Of a stretch of 64,000 bases of DNA, positions 24,141-36,165 are shown piece after piece. The number at the start of each line of letters is the position of its first letter. Position 1 is the first letter of the stretch. The notes under the pieces are model-generated. The model worked only from the letters and a program-made list of their open reading frames with translations, did no database searches and had not been told where the DNA came from. This DNA comes from Octopus sinensis (taxonomy: Eukaryota), in the NCBI RefSeq assembly GCF_006345805.1, contig NC_043003.1, forward strand, positions 93,248,001-93,312,000. The letters are read 5' to 3'. The position numbers were made by a program, and so were the translations under genes.

Positions 24141-24765
24141 GATTTGTTTTAACTGAATTAATCATCTAAATAGTGATTGTACTCATCACTGAAGTCATAA
24201 TTTTAATTAAAATGTTTCACTTACAACACCACGTATACGAGTGACCTCTTTAAGTAATAGTTTTACTCCTACGTAAAATAAAAAACAGTTATAAATTTGG
24301 TAATAAATAAATTAATAAGTAAAATTTGTGTTTGTAAAGTGCAGTAAAGTTGCTCCAACAACTTTATTTTTCAGTATGAACAAAAGGATATCTTTTACCA
24401 TGGGAAGAAAATGTTTTCTCAAAATTCTGAATTGAATAAATAAGAATAAAAAAATATTATTATTATAAAAGAATAGCTTATAGTTTACAAATAAAAATAT
24501 AAGCGAATTCGTTATGACATATTTGTGTGATATAGTTATGCTTTGAAGGACACAGTGTTTGGTTATTTCACATGTGGTGAGTAAGGTTTGAGTCAGCAAT
24601 GAAACGTGTGGGTGGGAGCTCGGCCAGTTTAAAATAGCAGCCATATTTCCTGTGAATTACATTCTATAACAGAGGTAGAAAACCATTTCATGTTAGATCG
24701 CATTGAAGGTAACTACTGTTGATAAAGTGTATTTCAATATATATATATATATATATATTTCAACA

Positions 24766-25293
24766 ATTGAGGGTAAAATTAATTAATTATTAATCAATTT
24801 CACCAAGTATTCAGTATGTAAAGGGACCATTTAAGGCGAATTCAAAATATTACATTATATAAAAGGGCTCAGTAAAATAAATTACGTTGCCACATACTGA
24901 ACTCATTAGAAATAGCAGCTAAAAAAATTTTTTCAGCTATTTCTAATACTTAAAGAAAATCTCTCTCAGATAGTGTTTGCTCAAACCAACTCACGAAGGT
25001 ATGGGGGTAAAAGCATTAAAAAAATCCCAAATCCGAATCAAGGAGTTCTGAGCTGACGAAAGAAATGTCGATTTGACTAATCTAGAAACGTACGTTCTCA
25101 AATAACCTTTGCACTTGTGATTTTTTTAATGCTTTTACCCCCATACCTTCGTGAGTTGGTTTGAGCAAACACTATCTGAGAGAGATTTTCTTTAAGTATT
25201 AGAAATAGCTGAAAAAAATTTTTTTTAGCTGCTATTTCTAATGAGTTCAGTATGTGGCAACGTAATTTATTTTACTAAGCCCTTTTATATAAT
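24766..25293. mobile_element. (TA)n-embedded foldback element (arms 24854-25026 and 25119-25293) with a hammerhead in the spacer
   Basis: Arms of about 175 bp are nearly perfect reverse complements. Confidence 0.85.
25049..25100 (+). ncRNA. Type I hammerhead ribozyme motif (core intact, stem II weakened)
   Basis: tgag-CTGACGA(25053-25059)-a.aga..gtc/gac..tct.a-GAAA(25085-25088)-cgtacg-TT-ctca. Confidence 0.7.
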
Positions 25294-25317
25294 ATATATA
25301 TATATATAAATTTTAAA

Positions 25318-25598
25318 TAATGAGGGAGATAAATTGAATATTAATTTAATTAATATCAATTTAAAACCAGTAGCCTAGCATACAAAAACCTGAAAAATCA
25401 GAGAAAATTCTAATACATGTGTATGTTTGAAGGGCAAGACCACTAGGTGGTCGGCCGTATGCTAGAAGTAGATCACCTACCATCAAACTACAAAGAAAGG
25501 AATGTTCTCTAGAAGAAATAGATCACCTACGATCAAACTACAAAGAAAGGAATGTTCTCTAGAGGAATTTTCCTCTAGAGAACATTCCTTTCTTTGTA

Positions 25599-25600
<2 letters not shown>
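25318..25600. repeat. (TA)n-embedded element ending in a tandem duplication of about 50 bp and a perfect hairpin
   Basis: tagatcacctac..ttctctaga is repeated; the hairpin at 25537-25600 has 31-bp arms. Confidence 0.75.
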
Positions 25601-25644
<44 letters not shown>

Positions 25645-25654
25645 TATATTCATT

Positions 25655-25880
25655 CAATCGACCGAGATATCGATGTCCTTATACATCGCTGATCATAATG
25701 CGCTTCCCTTCTTTCCTTGATTATGCCCTTCTCTTCCATTTGGGCTCGAAAGACTGTCATCTTCCCATCGTCTTGAACAACGCTCCCGATCTCTTGGACA
25801 ACACTCGACGACTGCACGGATCCACCTGTTGTCTGTGATCCTTGCTGAATATCTGGCCCAACAGACATATGCTGTCTTAT
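25655..25880 (-). mobile_element. RTE-clade LINE 3' fragment
   Basis: Minus frame WARYSARITDNRWIRAVVECCPRDRERCSRRWEDD resembles the RTE WAGHVARRTDNRW..PR..R..RW.DD C-terminus. Confidence 0.7.
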
Positions 25881-27084
25881 AAGAGCAACGGTTATATTCA
25901 TAGCATGCATGACCCTATCTGCAGAGTTAGAAAGAACAAAAAAATTATATTTGGAATAACGCTGTTTCCAGAAATTTTGCACAAATTGTCTGAAAGATCC
26001 AACGTTTTGTGACGTGACAATACTGTTAATAAAGATTTCTAATACCGACACAAAGCCTAGATTGCAAGTACATAGGCAAACAATAATATCTCTGAATAAA
26101 ACAGACGAATCCATGATAAGCTACAGGCGAGCAAAAGCGGGAACTAAAATTTTATTGCTTTTCATAGTTCTTTTATATACGCAGCTAAGTTCTTTTCTTT
26201 CAATATAGTTAATAGAATCAATCCCCAATTAATGAATACTTCTAATTTTAAAGATTTAATGAAGTAATTTTCTGCATCATACTGGTGCTCTGCATGGTAG
26301 AAGTAATATTTGTCCTTATTGCATGATAACAGATTACTAAGTGGTGGAGTTTAAACTACGGCAAGAGACTTTTAGGTCTTTCATAGTGTGGGAGAAGATA
26401 AGTCACCAATCAAATCTTAGGGGCGATTTCTTTGATAGTTTTCTCTCCTTCGCCAAGAAACCAATAGAATATAAAACTATGGCTATCAGAGAACAGTAGA
26501 TTGCCTGATTAATGATTAAAGTTAAGCCATGTCACCCTTAACCACGCATTACCATCCAAAAGTACCAAGCAAATCTTTCCCCAAACCACGTTTTAACATC
26601 TTTTAACGTGAAGTACATTGTGTAAGGTAGTTCTGGATACAATGTATCTGATAAAACAAGATCATCATGGTTAGAACGCTTCTCCTCATAAATTTGTTCA
26701 ATCACGAGTTATCTGGGGCTAATCAATGAAACTTCTTGATAAAATACGAGGAAACTAACAATAACAGCCAAGTCTCCTTCAGACTACACTGTACTGTCAT
26801 CGAAAGAAAAAAGGATACTCTAGATAATGAAGCTCGAGGTACAGTGTAACTTCGAACGGTCATAGCTTTTTATAAGTGTTCTCGATTGAGACTAACCTGG
26901 AGTTATAAACTTACAAGCATCTATTTCAGTATAAACTTACAAATGTATCTATTCAAGATTATATACTTACGCACACACAAATATATGCATCCGCGCACGC
27001 ACAGATACACATCTTCGTATTATGTATTTATACATGTCCATACACATTCATACGCACTCATACAAGTACTTTTGTGTGTTTGAT

Positions 27085-27515
27085 GCAATGCTGAGAGGGT
27101 GTTACATTTTGAGCCTATCTCAGATGGTCATGCTGTGAACACTAACCTTTATGCCCAACAAATCCAGCGAGTATATGATGCTTTGAAAGCCTGCTATCTG
27201 GCATTGCTCAGTCGAAGATATGCACTCTAACTATATGAGAATGCTCCAGCTCACAAGTACAAAACTGAGGAAGTTGCAGGGCTGGGAGTGCTGCCTCCCC
27301 ATGCATAGACCTTGCACCATCAGATTACCACCTTTTTCGAGCCATGGCTCATTTTCTGCATGGACGGAGTTTCAACAATTTGCATGAAATTGAAAATGGG
27401 TGTAGGGAGTTTTTTTGCTTCTAAAATATCTAAGCAGTATAAGGGTGGAATTGAGCTTCGGGCACAACGATAGCAACAAACAATAGAATATGAAGGAATA
27501 TATTTTGATGAATAC
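27085..27515 (+). pseudogene. Mariner transposase fragment
   Basis: HFEP..VNTNLYAQQIQRV..ENAPAH..DLAPSDYHLFRAM..FFASK..YEGIYFDE. Confidence 0.88.
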
Positions 27516-27917
27516 ACACATTTCGTATATAATTTGAAGTATTATTAATTAAAGCTTGAAAAAAAAAATACTGGAAGCTTATTACTCGAAACCTATTGAA
27601 TCCTCGATCATATATTATTGCTATGAAATTTGACGATAACTTGAACTTTTATCATTTTATATCATTGTGAAATTTATTGAATATTTGAAATTGCATTTAT
27701 ATTTGACTTTTTTTTTATCCTTTTTTTTTTGGCTATGAAATTTTCTTCTGTATATTCACTTTCTTTTAAACTGTTATCTTGTTTCCATTTTCCATTGAAA
27801 AATAAAAATTCTGTAACCGGTATTTTAATAAATTTGTGAAAAATTAAAACATTTAAAAACTACAGTTCGTTTTAAGATCCAGAGATCCAGGTGTATTTGC
27901 AACACCGAAACCAATTA

Positions 27918-28727
27918 TCTCTCTCTATATAAAATGCAGTTTGTCTGTCTGTGTATCTGTCAGGTTGTACCCTTACCCTGACCACGGCTTTGAACCGATT
28001 CTGATGAAACTTGACACACACATAGCCCAATGTCATAATTCAAAACTAACGCAGCGAAAATTTTGAAAAGTTCCCCCAGTTCTGAAAAAATCGATAAATT
28101 CGACATGGGGTCGAGAATTTAAGCTTATCATATGCAACACATTTTCCGTTGTAGTTTTCGCAACTTGCAATCGATTTTCACTAAACTCATGGTGAAGCTT
28201 AATGTTACCCTAAGGAACTTAATTCTGACGTTAGTTTTCCATGCAATACCTTACCATCAGAAAAAAATCGATAAAATCATGCCATTTTGGGAAATCGCGT
28301 TCAAATTCACGTTGACATATTTTCGACAATATCTTTAACAAACTGGCAGGAATTTTTTTTGAAATTCACAGCTATATGGCCCTTTTGATTCCAATAGAAT
28401 ACGTTATTACTGGAAAAAATCGGTTAATTACATCATATGTGGCACACATAGCAAACTGATTTTTCTGCGATATTTTTTGAAAGTTCACATAGATTTTCCC
28501 TACACCGATGCTGGACATCAAGTTTGCATTAAATGTCAAACTAACGACCTTTTGTCAATGCAATTAACAAGTATTGGGAGAAATCAACAAAACCATATCA
28601 CTTTGAGACCGACCATGATTTTATAAAATAACGGTTCAATGAGTACAAAAAAGGATAAAAAGGTAAAGGGCATTGCTTATCGACAAAGTTTCTTACATAC
28701 CCGGGCAACGCCGGGCTATGCTGCTAG
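27918..28727 (+). mobile_element. Non-autonomous Helitron
   Basis: A|TC 5' end, (TCTG)-like subterminal tract, 3' hairpin cccgggcaacgccggg followed by CTAG|T at 28724-28728. Confidence 0.85.
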
Positions 28728-28761
28728 TTCTATATATTCTTACTTGCGTGAATTATATATA

Positions 28762-28930
28762 TCTTATACATAAATGGCAATTTCAGTCTGTCGATCTGTC
28801 TGTTACCATTTTGCTGCCTACATCAGTGAACCAATTTTGACGAAACTTTTCATACATGTTAAACTAACACCCAGTTCAATTATAGGTTAATTGGATTTCA
28901 ATAAAAATCTATAATGGGCCCTCGAAGGGG
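28762..28930 (+). mobile_element. Degenerate Helitron-like 5' end
   Basis: Resembles 27918-28020 (gtctgtc..tgaaccaattttgacgaaactt). Confidence 0.45.
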
Positions 28931-30103
28931 GGGGGGATATTATTTGGTAAAATGAAAAGGGTGCAAAGAGTGTTAGTGTGAAAGAAATGTAGTGGCATAG
29001 TGAGTGGGCTGATATCAGGGAAGGGGGGAATATCGTTGTGTTAGCGACAAATATGGAGTGGCAGTGAGATGTTAACGTTAATACAGCTGTCATTTACGGA
29101 TATACATGCGACGCTGCATACATACTTTCGTACATACATAGATACACACACACACACTACACGTACACACATGAACTACACATAACTAACTTTTAAAACG
29201 CCGAGGAAGGGAAAGGTGTGTGGATGTGAGGAATACGTGGCTTTAAGGAGAGAGGGGAAAGGTGGCTTTTCTGCTGTCCATCGCAAAGAAACACACACAC
29301 AGACAAACATACATATGCATACATATGTATACATACATAGCACATACATGCATACACACATACACATGTCTACTATACACCGTTTTAAACTCACTACTAC
29401 CTGTAAAAATTGCATAGTCTTCTCTTTCTACCTTCCGAATTAAGATTTTACCAAACTCGATGCTGCCTTCATCTCCTAGGGTTGATAATATACATATCTG
29501 TAATATATTGTAATCCATTCAATCCATAACTCACTCTCGCTGCTATAAAATTTACCATTGATCCCGATGAAAAGAAATCATAGATATTTATACTGAATGG
29601 ATTTCTACGCCGTAGACCAAATAAATAAATTTAAGACATAAAAACAGCAGTTTGTAGCTTTTTTAGTTAAAACCTGCCCGTGAGATGAACTTTAATGAAA
29701 TCTATTGAAAATTCAAATCTAGGTTATAGATTAAACAGACTATATAATATTCAAACAATATAAATGCATGAAAAGTTGAGCGGTGAATCTGTTAAGGTTC
29801 AATTAATGAAGGGAAAACTGAATGCATTGTTACTGAAAATAGACGTATATTATTTATGATCCCATTCATATTTAAAGTATTCATACTGGGGATCGTTATC
29901 TATGATTTTGTTTGACCGAATGCAAAACCAATATTTCGGGATGGGCGGATGGTACATTCATTTTAATCGACTTTCTATATTATAATGGAGAAAGCTGCTT
30001 ATTAATTAGGTATGTAACAATTACTAAAAGTACTAAAAGAAACCATTTATTAAAGGGTTGACCGTATGGAAATATTTTAATAAATTCATGTTCTAAGAAA
30101 TTT

Positions 30104-31030
30104 GTTTCTTTATTGCCCATAGGGGGCCAACGTAGAGAGGACAGCACAGCCTGATTGGGTTCTGACATATAAAAGATAATAAAAATTTATAAACGCTTAC
30201 AATAAAATCAGATGAATTACAGTCGGATGAGATACAATACAAAAGACAAAATTACACATGCACAATGAGATAGAAAAATAGGTTACGCTCCGACCCCACG
30301 AGCCCTGTTCTGCTACCGGTACCTTTTTGTTCAGCCTTATGGCACGTTCACGAGGAGTCTTTCACACTCAGCATTCTCGCTACACGCATCCATCTGTCTT
30401 TAAACATCCTCTCCGACAGGCATATTCTCTCCAGCCTCACTTTCCTTTTCAGGTGAAAAGTAAAGAACCTCACCAACTCGAGACCGGAGATGAAGTTGCC
30501 TGTCGCCATTCCTTTCTTTCTCGTCTTCCATATCGCCTCTTTCACAAACGCTACTACTGCAATTCTTGCCTTCTTTCGTTAGGAAATCTGGCAGATCAAT
30601 TTTTTAAATTGAGTCAGACGACAGCTGTACTCTTCTTAAGTCCGACAACAGATGTTCCACATAAGTCCACACTTCTGACACTTCCGGACACTGAACAATA
30701 GTGTGCAGGACGGTTTCCCTTTTCTCATCACATCTTGGACAGGCCGATGGACCAGGTTGGCCGTGCCTGGTGAGCTTATCCCGAACGGGTGAGGCTCCTC
30801 GGTAACATTGCCAGGCCAGAAATTTTTGGAAGTTATCCAAAGTCCCCGGCCCGAATGTCCTTTGGAACAGACTGTCTAACTGGTTATCATCGAGACCCAG
30901 TGCCTTCCCCAGAGCTTCATCATTTCCAGCCTCTACCAACCTGCTATAGAAAGATGCGGTGGTACCAAAACCGCTGGCATTACCCGAGCGAAGGAACAGT
31001 AGCAGGGCTTTACGGCACTCCGTAAACCAT
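30104..31030 (-). mobile_element. Second Tx1/L1-like LINE 3' fragment (different subfamily)
   Basis: DNFQKFLAWQCYRGASPVRDKL..CPRC..ETVLHTIVQC and FFTFHLKRKVRLER are homologous to ORF 1834-2493. The 3' end is gggcaataaagaaac. Confidence 0.88.
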
Positions 31031-31283
31031 TTTCATTTGCAAAGTCTCTCACTTTCTCTTTTAAGTCTTAATTCACTTTTTATGTAAATGTAATGTAAAA
31101 ACATTATTTATGAAATGAAAATTTTTTAAATACCTGTGCAATTTTTGAATGTGGGATAGCTGTGAGAAGAGCCTGGAGAGACGGGTAATTACTATTAGAA
31201 GATGAGGAGAAAAATAACAAAATGTTACCAACAAGTACTCGAAACTTTCACCTTATTCAGTTTCCAAACACAACTTCAACAGT

Positions 31284-31326
<43 letters not shown>

Positions 31327-33184
31327 GCGCACACATAGATACACATACACATAAATAAAAGGCAATGAATGTGTGTGTGTGTGTATGTGTGCGTGCGTGC
31401 ATGCGCGCACGTGTGCTGTTCACTGACAAAACTTTGTGCTGCATCACTTTCGTGAAGTTTTGTCAGTGAAGAGGTCGCGGTTTCAAAGCGAGGAAAATAT
31501 TTTGACACAAATGAAGCTTTAATGTTGAAGTGAAACTAACTGTATTTGTGGTTTTCTTGAATGGCTTGCAAACATCTTCCACGCTGCAATTGTTTTACTT
31601 TCAGCACACGATCTCAGATCAAGTCATTTGCTATGCAAGTACATCTCCGTAATTTTTTTAAATCACTGTGGATAAATGCCAGCAATGACCTTCTCAGGCT
31701 CTGCAATATTTTAATTTCTGAACAGAAACAATCGGGGGCAGGGAGTGGGGTTGCAAAAATTCATAATTTCTTGAATTTTCTTTTTATAGCATTTTATGGG
31801 GAAAATATTGAAAAATATTAATACATGCAAGAGTGATAAAGATATTGTCTTTGGATGTGCTAGAAACAACAGCCAAATTGCCCTTAAATCACTCACTTTA
31901 TCCTCTGAAAATATTAACAATTAAAAATTTTTTTTTACCGAAAATGCTTTTCCCACGGTTTTGAAGTGCAAAAACAAAATTGGCCAAAATAGGTCCGGAG
32001 TAGGACGATGAGGGTGTAAAAAAATGCGTTTACAAAACTTTTTTCATACAAAGATCCCCCAACCCCATCATTTCGAAGGCTGTGGTTTTAAAAAGATAGG
32101 GATAAATCCCCGAAAAAGTTTTCCCCACAAATTTCTTTATAATCGTAATCCATGCCGTTTGAAAGGGATTTGTATAAATTTTAGTAAAAAGATATCTATC
32201 TTCCTGAAAGTTATGAAGGAAAAAAGTCAGATCGAATGAATTTTCTGAAACTCCTCTCTCCACCCCCTTGCAAAAATTCTTTCCCATAGTTCCCTATATA
32301 CTCTGAAGCCACAACATCTAAGCAGTATTTATAGAAAATTTTGTTAAAAAGTATCCTTTTTTCTGGACGTTATGGGGCAACAAAGTCGAGGGCGTATACA
32401 TCAGTAATAGTGCCCTTTCATTTATACGATTTTTTCATTTCATGCTTATTTCAGTCATTGCTTGCAGTGTTCTCCCTCTCTCACATACACTGCAAAGCTT
32501 ACAGATGGGATGCTGAATTGAAATCTCTATGTTGCTTTGAGGGGAAGGTAAAACTTGACAAGCTGCTTCTCCCTCTGTTGTTGGACTACCGTGATGTTTG
32601 TTTAAAAAAAAGAGAGATTATGACTGTCATAAAATAATGAAAGCAATATTTATTAAGCAGGTGAGCACTATTATACAAAGAAATAATTAGACGTAAAATA
32701 TAAAAATTATTAGAAATGGGAATCAAATATAAGAATATTATCAAGGGGCTAACAGTAAACCGCCCGGAAGGTGGTCTTTCTGCTTGTCCTTATAATATTG
32801 TTACTTGAGTTAATAGTACAGTAGGCTAGCTTTAAATACATCACTGTCTGCATTACTTGTGTTGATTTTGCAGGAGCCCTTTACTGTATTTATCATCGAG
32901 AATCTTATGAATCCAGCAAGTACCTTTTTATGGCCATTCGATCCGTCAGAAATAGCAGTCTAATTTCCTTCAAATTACCATACTCTCTTAAAACGAAGAC
33001 ATCGGATAATACAGTCCTTGATACACTATGTCTAAAATATAAAAGAAAAAATGATATTATTGTGCCATGCTTGTTGGGGGTCTAACCTAGTGTTAAACAA
33101 CAACAATAAACCGACTCTCATAATTATAAATAAATTTGTTACAAGGTCACACAATGTCTTATATTCATAACGGTTTCAAATTTT

Positions 33185-33380
33185 AGCAAAAGACCAGTAA
33201 TTTTAGGGGAGGGGTTAAGTCTATAACATCGACCCCAGTGCTGGTCTGATTATTCCTTTTATCGACCTTGAGAGAATGAAAAGCGAAGTTGATCTTGGCG
33301 GCATTTTCATACAGGATGTAAAGAGCCGGAAGGGATGTCATTAAGCATTTTATCCGACGTGCTAATAATTCTACCAACAT
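33185..33380 (-). mobile_element. Diverged family B SINE with alternative tail
   Basis: Degenerate Meta-like core and ccctaaaattactggtcttttgc tail on the minus strand. Confidence 0.6.
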
Positions 33381-34234
33381 TCATAATGAAGGTGTAATGC
33401 GGCTGTCACACGCAGTTGTTCCAGACTCTGTATGCACCATACATTTCCCAAGTGCTGTTTAGGTTCCAGTTTCGTCGCAAACATAGACACCCTCTCCACC
33501 TACGCTGTCTTACTTAACCCATTTTGTTCGACGCGCTAACGATTCTTTCTATTTACCGCTAAATCGAATTTATCAGATGGCTAGTAGTTATTTTATTGAC
33601 CACAGTCGGTTGAAAAGTTCAAACGTTTGAAATAATTGACTTTCAGAATGATCTGAATATGTCTTTATTTCTTGTATTGAGGGCGGTGAGTAATGCTAGT
33701 TTGAAGGGGACTAGTAGTATTAATGTGACGTGTCGATTTCCCATAAATGTATGCAGTGCTACTCAGTCATGTGTGATGACAGTCCTAGATAAATAAACAA
33801 AAAATACAGTAAAGCATTGACAGTTAGATAGAACAAAATATAAATCAATAGACAGATATATTTTCAGTAATATAAATAAATAAATGAATAAAGCGGCAAA
33901 TTATTCGGTCGACATGTTGCGTCAGGTAACCAGAAGGGCCTTCTTATATATTGATAAATTGAATGCAGTGAACATTTAAAAAATCGGATAACATTAATTT
34001 AATGACTAAAAAATATAATTATTTCGTCAACAATGGAAATGTTTTGTTGTTATTAAACCCATTCAGCAAAGCAATGATTTCAACATACTTGCTCAAGTAG
34101 TGTACATACAATATTGTACACGTATAGGTATGTTAGTTGCGTACCCCACCCGAAACCTATGAAGATAGTGTATATGACATTTCTTTCGAAGTCAACGTTT
34201 GCAGTAGAAATATATGAAGGAGAACACTCTAGAG

Positions 34235-34436
34235 CAGTGGTTTTCAACCAGGGTTCCGCCAGTACAGTCCAAGGGTTTCGCAAGAAGTTACCAAAACTGC
34301 TAAAATCGGTAGTAATTTTTAATTCTCCTGTGCAGATATGTGTGCATAAGACTATTAAATTATCGCACACGGGTTCCTCGAGCCAGTGGAATACTTCCTT
34401 GGGGTTCCACTCCAGCAAAAAGTTTGAAAAGCACTG
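34235..34436. mobile_element. hAT (Charlie-like) MITE, 202 bp
   Basis: TIRs cagtggttttcaa and ttgaaaagcactg; 8-bp TSD ctctagag at 34227-34234 and 34437-34444. Confidence 0.92.
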
Positions 34437-34727
34437 CTCTAGAGAGTCGACCTTCAGATTAGAAATGACTGGGCGTAATAGGTAGCTTGCTACCCTGAGC
34501 GGGGAGACTTGAGGAAGAGAAACGAGTGACTCGGAAGAATGCGTGTGGAGATGGTACACAGCTAGTCTGCTTTTAGGAAAGAATGTCACTTCACTAGATG
34601 TAAAACCTAGACCTACTCTCGAACCAGTCATTGTCTCTGGATCTCGAATCTTTTCAGTTTGGCTGCCACTTTTCAATTTCTTCAATTCCTGTTCCAATTG
34701 ATTTCATGTTTGGCGTATACTCTCTTT

Positions 34728-34940
34728 ACTCTTTTACTCTTTTACATGTTTCAGTCATTTGACTGTAGCCAAGCTGGAGCATCGCCTTTAGTCGAGCAAA
34801 TCGACCCCAGAACTTATTCCATCGGTCTCTTTTGCCGAACCGCTAAGTTACGGAGACTTAAATACACCAGCATCGGTTGTCAAGCGATGTTGGGGGGGGG
34901 GCACAGACATACAAACATATACACACACTCATATATATAT

Positions 34941-34983
<43 letters not shown>

Positions 34984-35130
34984 CATACATACGACGGGCT
35001 TCTTTCAGTTTCCGTCTACCAAATCCACTCACAAGGCTATAGTAGAAGACACTTGCCCAAGGTGTCACGCAGTGGGACTGAACCCGGGGTCATATGGCAA
35101 GCTACTTACCACACAGCCACTCCTACGCCT
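34728..35130 (-). mobile_element. Family A SINE
   Basis: Full head-microsatellite-tail arrangement; a plus-strand tail half follows at about 35295-35495. Confidence 0.85.
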
Positions 35131-35202
35131 TTTTGTATGATAATCATTGACATGAAATTAATTTTCGCCATCTGATGGTCTGGTCGGTCACGTGATATAT
35201 AT

Positions 35203-35236
<34 letters not shown>

Positions 35237-35739
35237 GATATATATATATATATATATATGTGTGTGTATATATATACATATATATATATGTATTTATGTG
35301 TGTATTTGTGCCTGTGTTTGTCACCCCACTATCACTTGACAACCGATGTTGGTGTGTGTTTACGTACCCGTAACTTAACGCTTCGGCAAAAGAGACCGCT
35401 AGAGTAAGTCCTGGGGTTGATTTCTTCGACTAAAGGCAGTGATCCAGCATGGCCTCAGTCAAATGACTGAAACAAGTAAAAGAAATAAAAGAAATATAAA
35501 TTTAGAATTTCCACAAGTGCAACCAAAGATCCCGGAGCCCAATGCAGTTGAGGGCGGGAACCAACGCCAAGCCAATTAATGTTACTGAAGCTCAACGCAA
35601 ATGACGGCAGAGGACCATTGTGAAATCAATCGATGTTCCTGGAACTTAACATAGATTAAGCTGGGCAACCATTATGAAGAACGTTACTGTTACTGGAGGA
35701 CGACACAACTAAGGGCAAGGAACCATGATGAAACAATTT

Positions 35740-36165
35740 GGAAGCACTCCGTCGGTTACGACGACGAGGGTTCCGGTTGATCCGAATCAACGGAAATTAA
35801 CGTGTAAGTGGCTGAGCACGTGAAATTAACGTGTAAGTGGCTGAGCACGTGAAATTAACGTGTAAGTGGCTGAGCACTCCACAGACACGTGTACCCTTAA
35901 CGTAGTTCTCGGGGATATTCAGCGTGACACAGAGAGTGACATGGCCGGACCTTTTAAATACAGGTACAACAGAAACAGGAAGTAAGAGTGAGAGAAAGTT
36001 GTGGCGAAAGAGTACAGCAGGGATCACCACCATCCCCTGCCGGAGCCTCGTGGAGCTTTAGGTGTTTTCGCTCAATAAACACTCACAACGCCCGGTCTGG
36101 GAATCGAAACCGCGATCCTATGACTGCGAGTCCGCTGCCCTAACCACTGGGCCATTGCGCCTCCA
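35740..36165 (-). mobile_element. tRNA-derived SINE (family D) with 10-bp TSD and internal 29-bp triplication
   Basis: A-box tggcccagtgg, B-box gtttcgattcc; TSD gaaacaattt at 35730-35739 and 36166-36175. Confidence 0.88.

Noticed and set aside
31419-31470. 16-bp inverted repeat
   Set aside because: Real but too short to assign; no TSD or ribozyme core.
35793-35879. 29-bp direct repeats as a CRISPR array
   Set aside because: The repeats are contiguous with no spacers, the context is a eukaryotic SINE and no cas genes are present.
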